NCBI GenBank assembly: GCA_038206295.1
Contig: JBBRAZ010000005.1
Coordinates: forward strand, 50,447 to 114,446
Length of the DNA stretch: 64,000 bases
From: Acidimicrobiales bacterium
Lineage (GTDB): Bacteria; Actinomycetota; Acidimicrobiia; Acidimicrobiales; JBBRAZ01
Reading direction: 5' to 3'
Of this stretch, positions 18,108 through 27,572 are shown piece after piece. Within the stretch, counting starts at the first letter, position 1, and every line of letters starts with the position of its first letter. A model generated the notes under the pieces. That model searched no databases. It was given only the letters and a program-made list of their open reading frames with translations, and was not told the origin of the DNA. The translations under genes and the position numbers were made by a program.

Positions 18108-20185
18108 GCGACGCTCCGGCGTCGGCGCCGGCCGCCACGCCGCCGTCGGAGGCGGAGGAGCCAGCCGCTGCGCGGCGCGGCCCGAGCCGCAGCGCGCTGA
18201 TCGTCGCCGCGGTGGCGCTCGTGCTGGCCGTGCCGGTGATCACGAGCTCGATCGTCGCCTTCGGCGGCGGCTGGATGCCCACCGCGGACGTGGCCGTCAT
18301 GTCGCTGCGCGTCGAGGACGTGCTCAGCAGCGACCCGCCGCTGGTGGGGATGCACACCACCGCGACGGAGTACGGCAGCACCGAGTCCGTGTTCCACCCC
18401 GGCCCGATGACGCTGTGGCTGCTGGCGCCGTTCGTGGCGATCTTCGGTGGCGTGACCGGCATGCTGCTGGGCACCGTCGCGATCAACCTCGCGGTGCTCG
18501 GGGGCATCGGGTGGGTGGCGCACCGCCGCGGCGGGCTGCCGCTGCTGGCCCTCACCGGTGTGCTCACCGGCCTGCTGCTGTGGGCGCTGCGGGGCGAGAT
18601 CCTGCGCGATCCGTGGAACCCGCACATCGCCATCCTCGCCTTCGCGCTCCTGCTGCTGACCGCGTGGGCGGTGAGCGACGGCGACGTCGCGCTCGCGCCG
18701 CTGCTGGTGGTCGTCGGCAGCTTCCTCGTGCAGAACCACGTCACCTACGCGCTTCCTGTTGCGCTCCTCACCGCGTGGGGCGCGCTCGGCGCCACCTTCG
18801 TGGTCCGCTCGGCGCGCGCCACCGGCTCCCCAGCCGACGGCGTCACGCCGGCGCCGGGACGCTCGACGCTGGTGCGCGCCGCGCAGCTGTCGCTGGGCGC
18901 GGCGGTGCTGCTGTGGCTCGCGCCGCTCATCGACCAGGTCGCCGGCGAGGGCAACCTCGGCAACATCCTCGGCGTCGTGCTGGACGGCGAGGGCGGGCGC
19001 CTCGGACTCGCGGACGGCGTCGACCGCCTCCTCGCCTCGCTCGGCGCCGCGCCGCTGTGGCTGAGCCACACCACCGACATCTTCCGCGTGGCGCAGACGC
19101 CGTCGGTGCTCGACCGGATCGTTGCGGTGGCCATCCTGGCCGCGATGGTCGCCCTGCTCGTGCTGGCGCGCCGGCGAGGTGACCGCTCGACTGCTCGGCT
19201 GCTCGGGACCGCCTTCGTCGCAGTGGGTGCCGCGGCGATCGTGCTCGCCAGCGCGCCGACCGAGGACGCGCTGCGCATGTACTGGTACCGGTGGCTGTGG
19301 CCGCTCGGCATGTTCGTGTGGCTCTCGGTGCTGTGGGGCGCGCTGCAGGCGCTGACCGATGGCGTGCGCGCCCGGGCCGTCGATCTGCTCCCGGTGGTGA
19401 GCCTCGGGCCGCTGGCGGTGCTGCTCGTGCTCGGCTTCGGCCAGCCGTCGATCCTCGACGACGTCGACGGCGCCCGCTTCGACGAGCTCGGCGCGCTCAT
19501 CGACCAGACCGCAGCTGCCGCGCCCGATGACGGGCCGTACCTCATCTCGACCGAAGGCACCATGTTCTGGCACACGTCCACGCTGGTCGCCGGCCTCGAG
19601 CGCGCCGGGCTCGACATCCGCGTCGAGCGCGACAACATCCCCTACGGCGACAGCCGCACCGTCGAGCCGGGCACCACCGACCTGCGGCGCCTGCGCGTCC
19701 TGGGAGGTCCCGTCGCGGCGGTGGCCGAGGACGAGGATGCCCGGCTGGCGTTCGTCCCCATCACCGCGGTGCCGCGCGACGAGGTGGTGGCGCGCATCCG
19801 CGCGCAGGTCGACGGCGTGCCGGTCACGCTCAGCGACCCGGAGCCCCTCGAGCTGCTCATCTCCGGGATGGCACCCGGTGCCGTCGCCGCCGAGGTCGGG
19901 GTGGGGGAGTGGACCCCGGCGTTCCAGGCCTACTTCGAGCTCGTCGTCGCCGCGGCCGAGCGCGACCGCCCGACGGACGCGAGCGCGCCGATCCGCCTCG
20001 ATCTGGCGTCGCTGTCCGACGACGACCTGCTCGGGGTGTTCGGCGTCGGCTCGCTCATCTCGGCGGTCGATCCGTCCGTGCTCGCCGACGACGTGCGCAC
20101 GGTGCTCGCCGACCCGCTCTTCCAGGACGGCTACACGACAGACCCGACCTCGGGCATGGCGACGTTCCTCCTTCCCCCCGGCTGA
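18104..20185 (+). CDS. Polytopic integral membrane protein with large C-terminal soluble domain (function unknown; GT-C-like architecture is speculative)
   Basis: GTG overlaps the LLM stop (GTGA). About 12 hydrophobic helices are followed by a ~230-aa hydrophilic domain. The track ORF from 17168 overlaps the LLM gene out of frame and was trimmed. Confidence 0.7.
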   Translation: MSDAPASAPAATPPSEAEEPAAARRGPSRSALIVAAVALVLAVPVITSSIVAFGGGWMPTADVAVMSLRVEDVLSSDPPLVGMHTTATEYGSTESVFHPGPMTLWLLAPFVAIFGGVTGMLLGTVAINLAVLGGIGWVAHRRGGLPLLALTGVLTGLLLWALRGEILRDPWNPHIAILAFALLLLTAWAVSDGDVALAPLLVVVGSFLVQNHVTYALPVALLTAWGALGATFVVRSARATGSPADGVTPAPGRSTLVRAAQLSLGAAVLLWLAPLIDQVAGEGNLGNILGVVLDGEGGRLGLADGVDRLLASLGAAPLWLSHTTDIFRVAQTPSVLDRIVAVAILAAMVALLVLARRRGDRSTARLLGTAFVAVGAAAIVLASAPTEDALRMYWYRWLWPLGMFVWLSVLWGALQALTDGVRARAVDLLPVVSLGPLAVLLVLGFGQPSILDDVDGARFDELGALIDQTAAAAPDDGPYLISTEGTMFWHTSTLVAGLERAGLDIRVERDNIPYGDSRTVEPGTTDLRRLRVLGGPVAAVAEDEDARLAFVPITAVPRDEVVARIRAQVDGVPVTLSDPEPLELLISGMAPGAVAAEVGVGEWTPAFQAYFELVVAAAERDRPTDASAPIRLDLASLSDDDLLGVFGVGSLISAVDPSVLADDVRTVLADPLFQDGYTTDPTSGMATFLLPPG

Positions 20186-20210
20186 CCGCACCTTCCCCAC
20201 ACCAGCGAAA

Positions 20211-20252
20211 TCTCGGTGGTGGTGCCGGTTGGGACCGGTAGGTGCACCGAGA
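20211..20252. repeat. Diverged member of the REP-like hairpin family
   Basis: tctcggtg-gtggtgccggttgggaccggtaggtg-caccgaga has perfect 8-9-bp terminal inverted arms and the same architecture as the tctcggcg...cgccgaga elements. A partial second arm (tctcggcggtgg) follows. Confidence 0.6.
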
Positions 20253-20280
20253 TCTCGGCGGTGGGGCGCTGGGGCGGTGG

Positions 20281-20715
20281 TCAGACGATGCGGTAGGTCT
20301 GCACCGCGTGCGCCACGACTGCGCCGTCGGCATCGGTGGCGGTGATCTCGGTGAAGATGAGCTCCCGGCCCCGCTTCACCGTGCGCGCCTCGCAGCGCAG
20401 GTCGCTGCGCTTGCACGCCCCCACGAACTGCACCGTCATCGAGATCGTCGAGGCGCGGCTGCCCTTCGTGAAGTCGTGGTTCGACCACGCGGCCGCCGCA
20501 CCCGCGGTGTCGATCGCGGACGCCACGACCCCTCCGTGGTAGAAGGTGCCGTCGTTGGTGAGCTCCTCTCGGAACGGCACCCGCAGCACCACGTCATCGG
20601 GCTCGTAGCGGTCGAACGTGATGCCCAGCCACCCCATGAACGGTGCGTGCGGCATGAGGTCCTTCACCGCCGCGCGTCGGCGGTGCTGCTCCTCGTCGCT
20701 GAGCTCGCCGGTCAT
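20281..20715 (-). CDS. PaaI-family hotdog thioesterase
   Basis: APFMGWLGITF...GTFYHGGVVASAIDTAGAAA...TISMTVQF is the typical PaaI/4HBT pattern. ATG at 20715. Confidence 0.82.
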   Translation of the reverse strand: MTGELSDEEQHRRRAAVKDLMPHAPFMGWLGITFDRYEPDDVVLRVPFREELTNDGTFYHGGVVASAIDTAGAAAAWSNHDFTKGSRASTISMTVQFVGACKRSDLRCEARTVKRGRELIFTEITATDADGAVVAHAVQTYRIV

Positions 20716-20889
20716 CGATCGCGCTCCTCCCACGCTGCGCCGCCGCGGGGCGGATCGTGGCCGGCAACGTAGCGCGCCCGCCGCGGCGATCGGCGGGGGT
20801 CCGCCGTCGCGGGCGCCTCGCTCAAGGCTGCGTGGCAAGGTGTCGATGCAAGAGGCCGTCGGCAGCGCGCCGATGGGGTGGAGGGCGTG

Positions 20890-22032
20890 ATGGCTCAGGA
20901 CGCGGCGCTACCGAGGAGAGCGTTCCTCAGGATGAGCGGGACCGGCGCCGCTGCGATCCTCATCGCCCCAGGTGTCTTCGCCCGGTCGTGCAGGAAGAAG
21001 AAGCCGCCGTTCACCGGCTACGGGCCGCTGCAGGCAGCCAACGCGGACGGCCTCAAGCTCCCGACCGGGTTCACCTCGCGCATCGTCGCCACCACCGGTG
21101 TCGAAGTCGGCACCACCGGCTACCTGTGGCACCCCAACCCCGACGGCGGCGCGTGCTTCCCCACACCCTCGGGCGGTTGGATCTACGTCTCCAACAACGA
21201 GGCCGGCGCCCCGGGCGGCGGTGTGGGACGTGTCGAGTTCGACTCGACGGGCGCGATCGTCGCCGCCGGCAGCATCTGCTCGGGAACCGACCGCAACTGC
21301 GGCGGCGGGGCCACGCCGTGGGGCACGTGGCTGACCGGTGAGGAGGTGTCGCGCGGCATGATCTGGGAGTGCGACCCGACCGGTGTCGCGCCCGCAGTCG
21401 CCCGACCGGCGATGGGCAAGCTCACACACGAGGCCGCCGCGGTCGACCCCGCCACGGGGAAGGTGTACCTCTCCGAGGATCGCAGCGACGGCGGCCTCTA
21501 CCGGTTCACACCAGCTGTCGCCGAGGACCTGTCCGCCGGCGTGCTCGAGGTCATGACCGAGGTCGGTGGCGTGCTCGGGTGGGACGTGGTGCCCGATCCG
21601 AGCGCCACGACCACCTCGTGTCGCCACCAGGTCCCCGGCACGAAGGTGTTCAGCGGCGGCGAGGGCATCGAGCACGCCAACGGCTGGATCCACTTCACGA
21701 CCAAGGGCGACAACCGCGTGTGGCGCTACCGGCCCGCCGACGACACGCTCGAGATCGTCTACGACGACGACACGAACGTGAACCCCATCCTCACCGGCGT
21801 CGACAACATCACCATCGGGGCGATGGGCGACCTGTTCGTCGCCGAGGACGGCGGCGACATGCAGGTCGTGCTCATCACGCCCGCCGGCGTCACCAGCGCC
21901 GTCGCGCAGGTCGACGGCGTGAGCTTCTCGGAGGTCACCGGCCCGGCGTTCAGCCCGGACGGCTCTCGCTTGTACTTCAGCTCCCAGCGCAACCCGGGCA
22001 CCACCTTCGAGGTCACCGGCCCCTTCCGCTGA
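20890..22032 (+). CDS. Tat-exported PhoX/DUF839-family beta-propeller protein
   Basis: Twin-arginine signal PRRAFLRMSGTGAAA. DUF839 signature NCGGGATPWGTWLTGEE. C-terminal PAFSPDGSRLYFSSQ. Confidence 0.8.
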   Translation: MAQDAALPRRAFLRMSGTGAAAILIAPGVFARSCRKKKPPFTGYGPLQAANADGLKLPTGFTSRIVATTGVEVGTTGYLWHPNPDGGACFPTPSGGWIYVSNNEAGAPGGGVGRVEFDSTGAIVAAGSICSGTDRNCGGGATPWGTWLTGEEVSRGMIWECDPTGVAPAVARPAMGKLTHEAAAVDPATGKVYLSEDRSDGGLYRFTPAVAEDLSAGVLEVMTEVGGVLGWDVVPDPSATTTSCRHQVPGTKVFSGGEGIEHANGWIHFTTKGDNRVWRYRPADDTLEIVYDDDTNVNPILTGVDNITIGAMGDLFVAEDGGDMQVVLITPAGVTSAVAQVDGVSFSEVTGPAFSPDGSRLYFSSQRNPGTTFEVTGPFR

Positions 22033-22077
22033 ACCCGTGCGCACAGGGGTTCGGGGCGGGCGTTCAGCGAGCGGGTG

Positions 22078-23298
22078 TCAGGGGGTGCGGAAGCCGCCCG
22101 GGCGAGTGAACGTGTCGCACCGGATGCGCCCCGGTGTCAGCAGGATCCCGCGTGGGTAGTCCTCGAACAGCCACCGGGCGAAGTTCCGGCGCGTCCAGTC
22201 GCTCGTCCCGGCGAGCGCGATGGCGGTGCGCGCTCCCTTGCGGTGCGCGAGCGCTCGCTCCAGCAGCGCCGCCATGCGGTGATCGGGCACCAGGTCGTGC
22301 GCCAGCGTGCGCCGGTAGCGCTCGACCGCCACCTCGGGGTTGGTCGGCCCCGCGGCAGCGATGGCGTCAGCCGCCCACCGGCCCGTGAGCAGCGCCTGCC
22401 CGATGCCCTCGCCGGTCATCACATCCGCCGCGGCGATGGCATCGCCGACGAACAGCGCTCGGCGAGTGGTGGGGATCTGCTCGTCGACCGCGGCGGGGAT
22501 CGGCCAGGCTCGGTGCGTGCCCTCGATCGTCGCCGCGGGGCCCAGCACGCTGCGGATGTGCGGCCTCGCCAGGATCTCCGGCCACAGCCAGCGCATGTCG
22601 GCGACCGTCCAGCGCCCGCCGCGCTGGATGCCGAAGCCGACGTTCGCGCGCCGCCCCGGCAGCGGGAAGGACCACACGTAGCCGGGGAGCAGGTCGGGCT
22701 CGAACCAGATGAAGAAGTCGCGCCCCGCACGCGGGTGGACATCGGACACGTACGCCCGGAACGCGTGCCACTCGCCGAGGTAGCCGGGGCGGGCGACGCC
22801 GAGGTGCTTGCGCAGCGGCGACCACATCCCGTCGGCGCCGATGACGTAGCGGGCATGGACGTCCTCCGCCTCGCCGCCGTCGACCTCCAGCACGACGCGG
22901 TCGGGGTGCTCGGTGGCGCCGGTGACCGCACGACCCTCGAGCACCTCTGCACCGGCCGCCCGGGCGAGGTCCACGAGCGCGGCATCCAGCTCGAGGCGGG
23001 GAGCGACCGCGGCGTAGGTCCCGACGCCCTCGGGCAGGTCGAACGTCCAGGTGCGCCGCGACGGGCTGCTCAGCCACAGCCGGTGCACCTCGGTCCACGA
23101 TGGGACCGACGCAGGCGAGAACCCGAGCGACTCGAGCTCGCGGATCGCCAGGGTGGTGATGCCGTCACCGCACGTCTTGTCGCGTGGGAACGTCGCCTTG
23201 TCGAGCACGGTGGTCCGCAGCCCGTGGCGAGCCAGCGCGATGGCCGCCGCCGTGCCCGCAGGACCGGCGCCGACCACGGCGACGTCGGTGGTGAGCAC
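22078..23298 (-). CDS. Geranylgeranyl-reductase-family FAD-dependent oxidoreductase
   Basis: DVAVVGAGPAGTAAAIALARHG, the KTCGDGIT motif typical of the GGR family, and GDAIAAADVMTGEGIGQAL. Confidence 0.85.
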   Translation of the reverse strand: MLTTDVAVVGAGPAGTAAAIALARHGLRTTVLDKATFPRDKTCGDGITTLAIRELESLGFSPASVPSWTEVHRLWLSSPSRRTWTFDLPEGVGTYAAVAPRLELDAALVDLARAAGAEVLEGRAVTGATEHPDRVVLEVDGGEAEDVHARYVIGADGMWSPLRKHLGVARPGYLGEWHAFRAYVSDVHPRAGRDFFIWFEPDLLPGYVWSFPLPGRRANVGFGIQRGGRWTVADMRWLWPEILARPHIRSVLGPAATIEGTHRAWPIPAAVDEQIPTTRRALFVGDAIAAADVMTGEGIGQALLTGRWAADAIAAAGPTNPEVAVERYRRTLAHDLVPDHRMAALLERALAHRKGARTAIALAGTSDWTRRNFARWLFEDYPRGILLTPGRIRCDTFTRPGGFRTP

Positions 23299-23352
23299 GG
23301 TCCGGAGCCTACGGAGGAGGCCCGCCAGCCACCAACGTGGCGGCGCGGCGGC

Positions 23353-24762
23353 TCACGCCAAGGCGCGGAGCTCGGCGAACGCGTCGCGCAGGCAGTCCAT
23401 GAGGAGCTCGGGATCGTCGACGGCCGCCGGGTCGACGTTGACGCCGATGTGCACCTCGTCCTGGTAGCTGAGCAGCGTGATGTTCGCCCCCGCGCCGGCC
23501 ATGGGGCCGAACGCGAACTGCGCCTCCACCATCGCCCCGGCCAGGTACACCGGGAACGGCGCCCCCGGCACGTTGCTGGTGGTGAAGTCGATGCCGCGCA
23601 GCATGGCGCCGAAGACGCTGGTGGTGATCGACGTCGGCAGCCGGCTGAGGAGGCCCGCGAGCGGCTCGGTGAGCGCGAGCGCCGGCTCGTGGCGCAGGCT
23701 CTCGACGAGCTCGCGCACCGCGGTCATGCGGGCGATCGGATCGGGCAGGTCGGCAGGGACCTCCGAGCGCGACGGCGAGAACTGGTTGCCGGCCTTGTTC
23801 GCCGTCTCGTCGGTGCGCACGTTGATGGGCATCGCCATGCGCAGCCGCTCGATCGGTGTGCCGCGCTTCTCGTGGTAGGCCTGGAAGCCGCCGATGACCC
23901 CGGCGACGAAGGCGTCGTTGAGCTTGCCGCCCGAGACGCGCGCCGCTGCCTTGAGCTCGCCCAGCGGCAGGGTGATGGTGTCGAAGTGCACCGACAGCGA
24001 CCGCTTGCCCATCAGCGGGCTGAGGGGCCGCGTCGTCGGCAGCAGCCACCTCGCCACCGACGTCGCGGTGCCAGCCACGGCGAGCATGGCGCCCACCGGA
24101 TCACGCGCCGCGTCGCCGAGCCCTGCACCGATCTGGCGCGTGGTGTCGAGCACCGCACCGGCTTGGCGGCGGGCCTCGAAGGCGAGCGCGTCGAACGCCC
24201 GCTCCACCTCACCGGCCACGTGCGGCGCCGGTGCGTCGGGCATCGGGCGCTCCTCGGTGGGGTGGCGCTCGAGGTCGAGCAGCTCGAGCTGGAGCTTCAC
24301 GCCGCCCACGCCGTCGGTGATGGCGTGGTGCACCTTCTGGATGATCGCGGCGCGCCCGTCAGCCAATCCGCTGACGATGTGGAACTCCCACAGCGGCCGA
24401 GCGCGGTCGAACCCCTGCATGGCCAGCGGCTGCGCCATGGCGAGCACGTCGGCCTCGGTGGCATCGCCGCTGAGCGACATGAACCGGAGGTGGTAGTCGA
24501 GGTCGAAGTGGGGGTCGATCTCCCAGCGCGGCGGCGCGACGGAGTACGGGTGGCCGCGCACCCGCTGGCGAAGCCGAGGCACGACGCGAGAGGCGCGCTC
24601 GACCAGGCGCACCAGGCGGTCGCGGTCCGGTGCCTGGTCGAGGAGCACGACGCTGGTGATGGTGCTGCGCAGCATCGGGTCCTTCTCGATGCTCCACATC
24701 AGCGCGTCGCTGTCGCTCATGCGCGGCGCGAACTCGATGTCGAGGTCAAGCTCGTCGGCCAT
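23353..24762 (-). CDS. Wax ester synthase / diacylglycerol acyltransferase (WS/DGAT)
   Basis: Active-site HHAITDG (HHxxxDG), the N-terminal SDALMWSIEKDPMLRST region and a SNVPGP-type motif (TSNVPGAP). Confidence 0.9.
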   Translation of the reverse strand: MADELDLDIEFAPRMSDSDALMWSIEKDPMLRSTITSVVLLDQAPDRDRLVRLVERASRVVPRLRQRVRGHPYSVAPPRWEIDPHFDLDYHLRFMSLSGDATEADVLAMAQPLAMQGFDRARPLWEFHIVSGLADGRAAIIQKVHHAITDGVGGVKLQLELLDLERHPTEERPMPDAPAPHVAGEVERAFDALAFEARRQAGAVLDTTRQIGAGLGDAARDPVGAMLAVAGTATSVARWLLPTTRPLSPLMGKRSLSVHFDTITLPLGELKAAARVSGGKLNDAFVAGVIGGFQAYHEKRGTPIERLRMAMPINVRTDETANKAGNQFSPSRSEVPADLPDPIARMTAVRELVESLRHEPALALTEPLAGLLSRLPTSITTSVFGAMLRGIDFTTSNVPGAPFPVYLAGAMVEAQFAFGPMAGAGANITLLSYQDEVHIGVNVDPAAVDDPELLMDCLRDAFAELRALA

Positions 24763-24842
24763 CGTCTCCCCCGGGAGGTCCTCTGCGGTGCGCTCCAGTG
24801 TGGGCGGCCGCGTCGCTGCTGTCGAGTCGCCGCCGGAGCGGT

Positions 24843-26492
24843 TCAGCAGTTGACGCCCTCAGCTGGGCGGTAGACGGCGTGCACGGTGTCCACCTCGGTG
24901 CGCCCGTCGGCCACCCAGGTGCGCGTGCGCTCGGTGGTGACCCGGGTGCAGCGCCCCGATGGTGCCTCGCTCTGGCCCGTCTGCTCTCCCACGACCGTCT
25001 TGGTGGAGTACAGCTCGATGGTGATCGACGTGTCGGTGTAGGTGGGCCACAGCAGCACGGCGTGCTCGGTGCTGTTGCGGACCTGCAGATCAGGTGCGGG
25101 GAACGAGAGGGTGGCCTCGCGCCCGTAGGGGTAGCGCGAGATGTAGATCGAGTGGCTCTGGTAGGCGTCGAAGTCGAGACCGGCGAAGAACGCGGCGTTG
25201 AACAGCGTGGTCGCGTACTGGGAGATGCCGCCGCCGACGTCCTCGTCGAAGACGCCGTTCTTGATCACGCCGGCGGAGACGAACCCGTTGGCGGTGGTGC
25301 GCCGGCCGACGAAGTCGTTCACGGAGAACACCTCGCCAGGCGGGATGATGACGCCGCGGGTGAGATCCGCGATCCGGTGGATGTTCTGCACCCTTCCCTC
25401 GCAGCAGCCGTGGTTGGTGGTGAACGAGCCGACCAGCTCCTTGATGCCGAGGCCCTCGGCCCACGCTCGGTCGTTCTCGTGCTGCACCTCGCCGAGGCCC
25501 ACGGCGACCTCGTGCTCATCGGCGATGAGCGCGTCGAACACGATGCTGGCGGCGTCCTCCGCGCAGCACCGCTGGCCGGCGGTGCCGTCGAGCACGACCG
25601 GCACCGGCGCCTCGCCGCTGCGGTCGATGTCGAACGTGGCGGGCGTCGGCATCGCCTCGAGGTCGCCGAACAGCTCCTCGAGGTCGGTCTCGATCGCGTC
25701 GTCGATCGGCGAGAGGACGAGCCGCTCGCCGGTGAGCTCGCTGGCGAGCCAGGTGCGCTGCTGCCCGGTGGTGACCTCGCGGGTCTCGTCACCGATGCGC
25801 ACCACCAGCGGTTCCGCGGTGAGGGCGTTCGCCTCCGACGCGAGCTGCACCGCCACCTCGTCGTCGAGGTCGGGCAGGACCTCGACGAGGCCGACCTCGA
25901 CGGTGACCGGCAGCCCACCTGTCTCCGCTGCCGCCTCGAGGCGCCGCGCGAGCTCGGCGAGGTCGAGGGTGGCCCCGGCCACGCCCGGCACCGCTGCCAG
26001 CTCGCCGTCGACCAGCTCGATGCTCGGCTCGACCGGCTCCTGCTTGTTCTCCGCCACGATCTGCTCCATCGCTGCGGCGAGCGTTCCGGAGCTGATCGTG
26101 AAGTCGGCGTGGCCCTCGAGCGGGTCCAGCATCGAGCCGAGCCACCGCGCCGGTCGTGAAGCCATCGCGCCGTCGCGCCCGACGTTGCGCAGGGTCAGCC
26201 GCGTGGCCGTCTGGTCCAGCACGAGGCCGACCTCGCCCGCGGTGGACTCGAGGTCGCCGGCGGGCGTCTTGACGGTCACCACCGCGTCGGCGAGGTCCTC
26301 GTCGACCTGCGCGAGCGCATCGAAGAGCTCGGCATCGGCCAGGCCTCCCACGGCGTGGCCCTCGAGCTCGACGTTGCGCATCGTCTGGCCGGCGTGGACG
26401 GTGGTGTCGAGCGCCCACCCGCCGATGACCAGCGCGAGCAGCACGGCGGGGACGATCGCGGCGACGAGACCGAGGGTGCGGGCTCTGGGCAT
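24843..26492 (-). CDS. VanW-family protein with N-terminal membrane anchor
   Basis: TM segment LGLVAAIVPAVLLALVIGGW. VanW core ...PPGEVFSVNDFVGRRTTANGFV...GGGISQYATTLFNAAFFAGL...RYPYGREATL. ATG at 26492; the upstream part of the track ORF is antisense to the SDR gene. Confidence 0.85.
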   Translation of the reverse strand: MPRARTLGLVAAIVPAVLLALVIGGWALDTTVHAGQTMRNVELEGHAVGGLADAELFDALAQVDEDLADAVVTVKTPAGDLESTAGEVGLVLDQTATRLTLRNVGRDGAMASRPARWLGSMLDPLEGHADFTISSGTLAAAMEQIVAENKQEPVEPSIELVDGELAAVPGVAGATLDLAELARRLEAAAETGGLPVTVEVGLVEVLPDLDDEVAVQLASEANALTAEPLVVRIGDETREVTTGQQRTWLASELTGERLVLSPIDDAIETDLEELFGDLEAMPTPATFDIDRSGEAPVPVVLDGTAGQRCCAEDAASIVFDALIADEHEVAVGLGEVQHENDRAWAEGLGIKELVGSFTTNHGCCEGRVQNIHRIADLTRGVIIPPGEVFSVNDFVGRRTTANGFVSAGVIKNGVFDEDVGGGISQYATTLFNAAFFAGLDFDAYQSHSIYISRYPYGREATLSFPAPDLQVRNSTEHAVLLWPTYTDTSITIELYSTKTVVGEQTGQSEAPSGRCTRVTTERTRTWVADGRTEVDTVHAVYRPAEGVNC

Positions 26493-26574
26493 GGCCCACC
26501 ACCTTGGCACGACCGGCGGAGCCGCGGTAGTCGCCACCGGCGACTCGACGGGCGATGCGCCGTGTCCGCGCGCC

Positions 26575-27516
26575 ATGATGGGCCAGCTGGCCGAGGCCCG
26601 AGGGGGGACCGTGGTACCGATCAACGAAGGCCGTGTGTGCATCGTGACGGGCGCAGGGCGCGGCATCGGGCGGGAGCACGCCCTTCTGCTGGCGCGCACC
26701 GGTGCGAAGGTCGTGGTCAACGACCTCGGCGGGTCGATGGACGGCGACGGCCGTGCGCAGGGGCCGGCGCAGGAGGTGGTCGACGAGATCGTCGCCCTCG
26801 GCGGCGAGGCGGCGGCGAGCTTCGACGACATCTCCACGTGGGACGGCGCGCAGCGGCTCGTGGCGCAGGCCGTCGACACCTTCGGGCGCCTCGACGTGCT
26901 CGTGAACAACGCCGGCATCCTGCGCGACCGGATGCTGGTCAACATGACCGAGGCCGAGTGGGACGCGGTCATCACCGTGCACCTCAAGGGCACGTTCGCC
27001 CCCACCCACCACGCCGCCAACCACTGGCGTGAGCGCTCGAAGGCGGGCGATGACGTCGTCGCTCGCGTCATCAACACGTCGAGCCCGTCGGGCATCTACG
27101 GCAACATCGGCCAGACCAACTACGGCGCGGCCAAGGCCGGCATCGCGTCGTTCACGATCATCGCAGCGATGGAGCTGGCACGCTACGGCGTGACGGTCAA
27201 CGCCATCGCCCCCGCGGCGCTCACGCGGATGACCGAGAACCTCGGCATGGGACAGGCGCCAGACGATGTCAAGGAGCAGATGGCGCCGCGCTGGATCGCA
27301 CCCATCGTCACCTGGCTGGCCAGCCCCGAGTCCAGCGCCGTGACCGGACGGGTCTTCGACGTCTCCGGACGCGCCATCTCGGTGTCGGAGGGATGGCATC
27401 GCGGCCCGACCGCGACCCCGGTCGAGGACCCGCTCGAGCTGGGTGCGATCGTCAGCGAGCTGGTCGCGCACGCCCGACCGAACGCCGACATGTCCGGCCG
27501 CGACCGAACCGACTGA
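26575..27516 (+). CDS. SDR, MFE-2-type 3-hydroxyacyl-CoA dehydrogenase-like
   Basis: RVCIVTGAGRGIGREHALLLARTGAKVVVNDLGG, NNAGILRD, YGAAKAGI. The start is uncertain: ATG at 26575 or 26578, or GTG at 26611 preceded by GAGGGGGG. Confidence 0.85.
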   Translation: MMGQLAEARGGTVVPINEGRVCIVTGAGRGIGREHALLLARTGAKVVVNDLGGSMDGDGRAQGPAQEVVDEIVALGGEAAASFDDISTWDGAQRLVAQAVDTFGRLDVLVNNAGILRDRMLVNMTEAEWDAVITVHLKGTFAPTHHAANHWRERSKAGDDVVARVINTSSPSGIYGNIGQTNYGAAKAGIASFTIIAAMELARYGVTVNAIAPAALTRMTENLGMGQAPDDVKEQMAPRWIAPIVTWLASPESSAVTGRVFDVSGRAISVSEGWHRGPTATPVEDPLELGAIVSELVAHARPNADMSGRDRTD

Positions 27517-27572
27517 CCACCCGCCACCCACCACCCGACCCAGAACGCGGGTGTGAGCAGTGAGGAGATGAC

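Noticed and set aside
22032-22051. Short palindrome aaccc-gtgcgcac-aggggtt between convergent genes as a terminator
   Set aside because: The outer stem is only ~5 bp with a self-complementary centre. It is too weak to call on sequence alone.
24843-26492. VanW as a marker of a glycopeptide-resistance cluster
   Set aside because: No vanH/A/X, vanR/S or D-Ala-D-Lac ligase genes are nearby. VanW-domain proteins are widespread envelope proteins outside van clusters.
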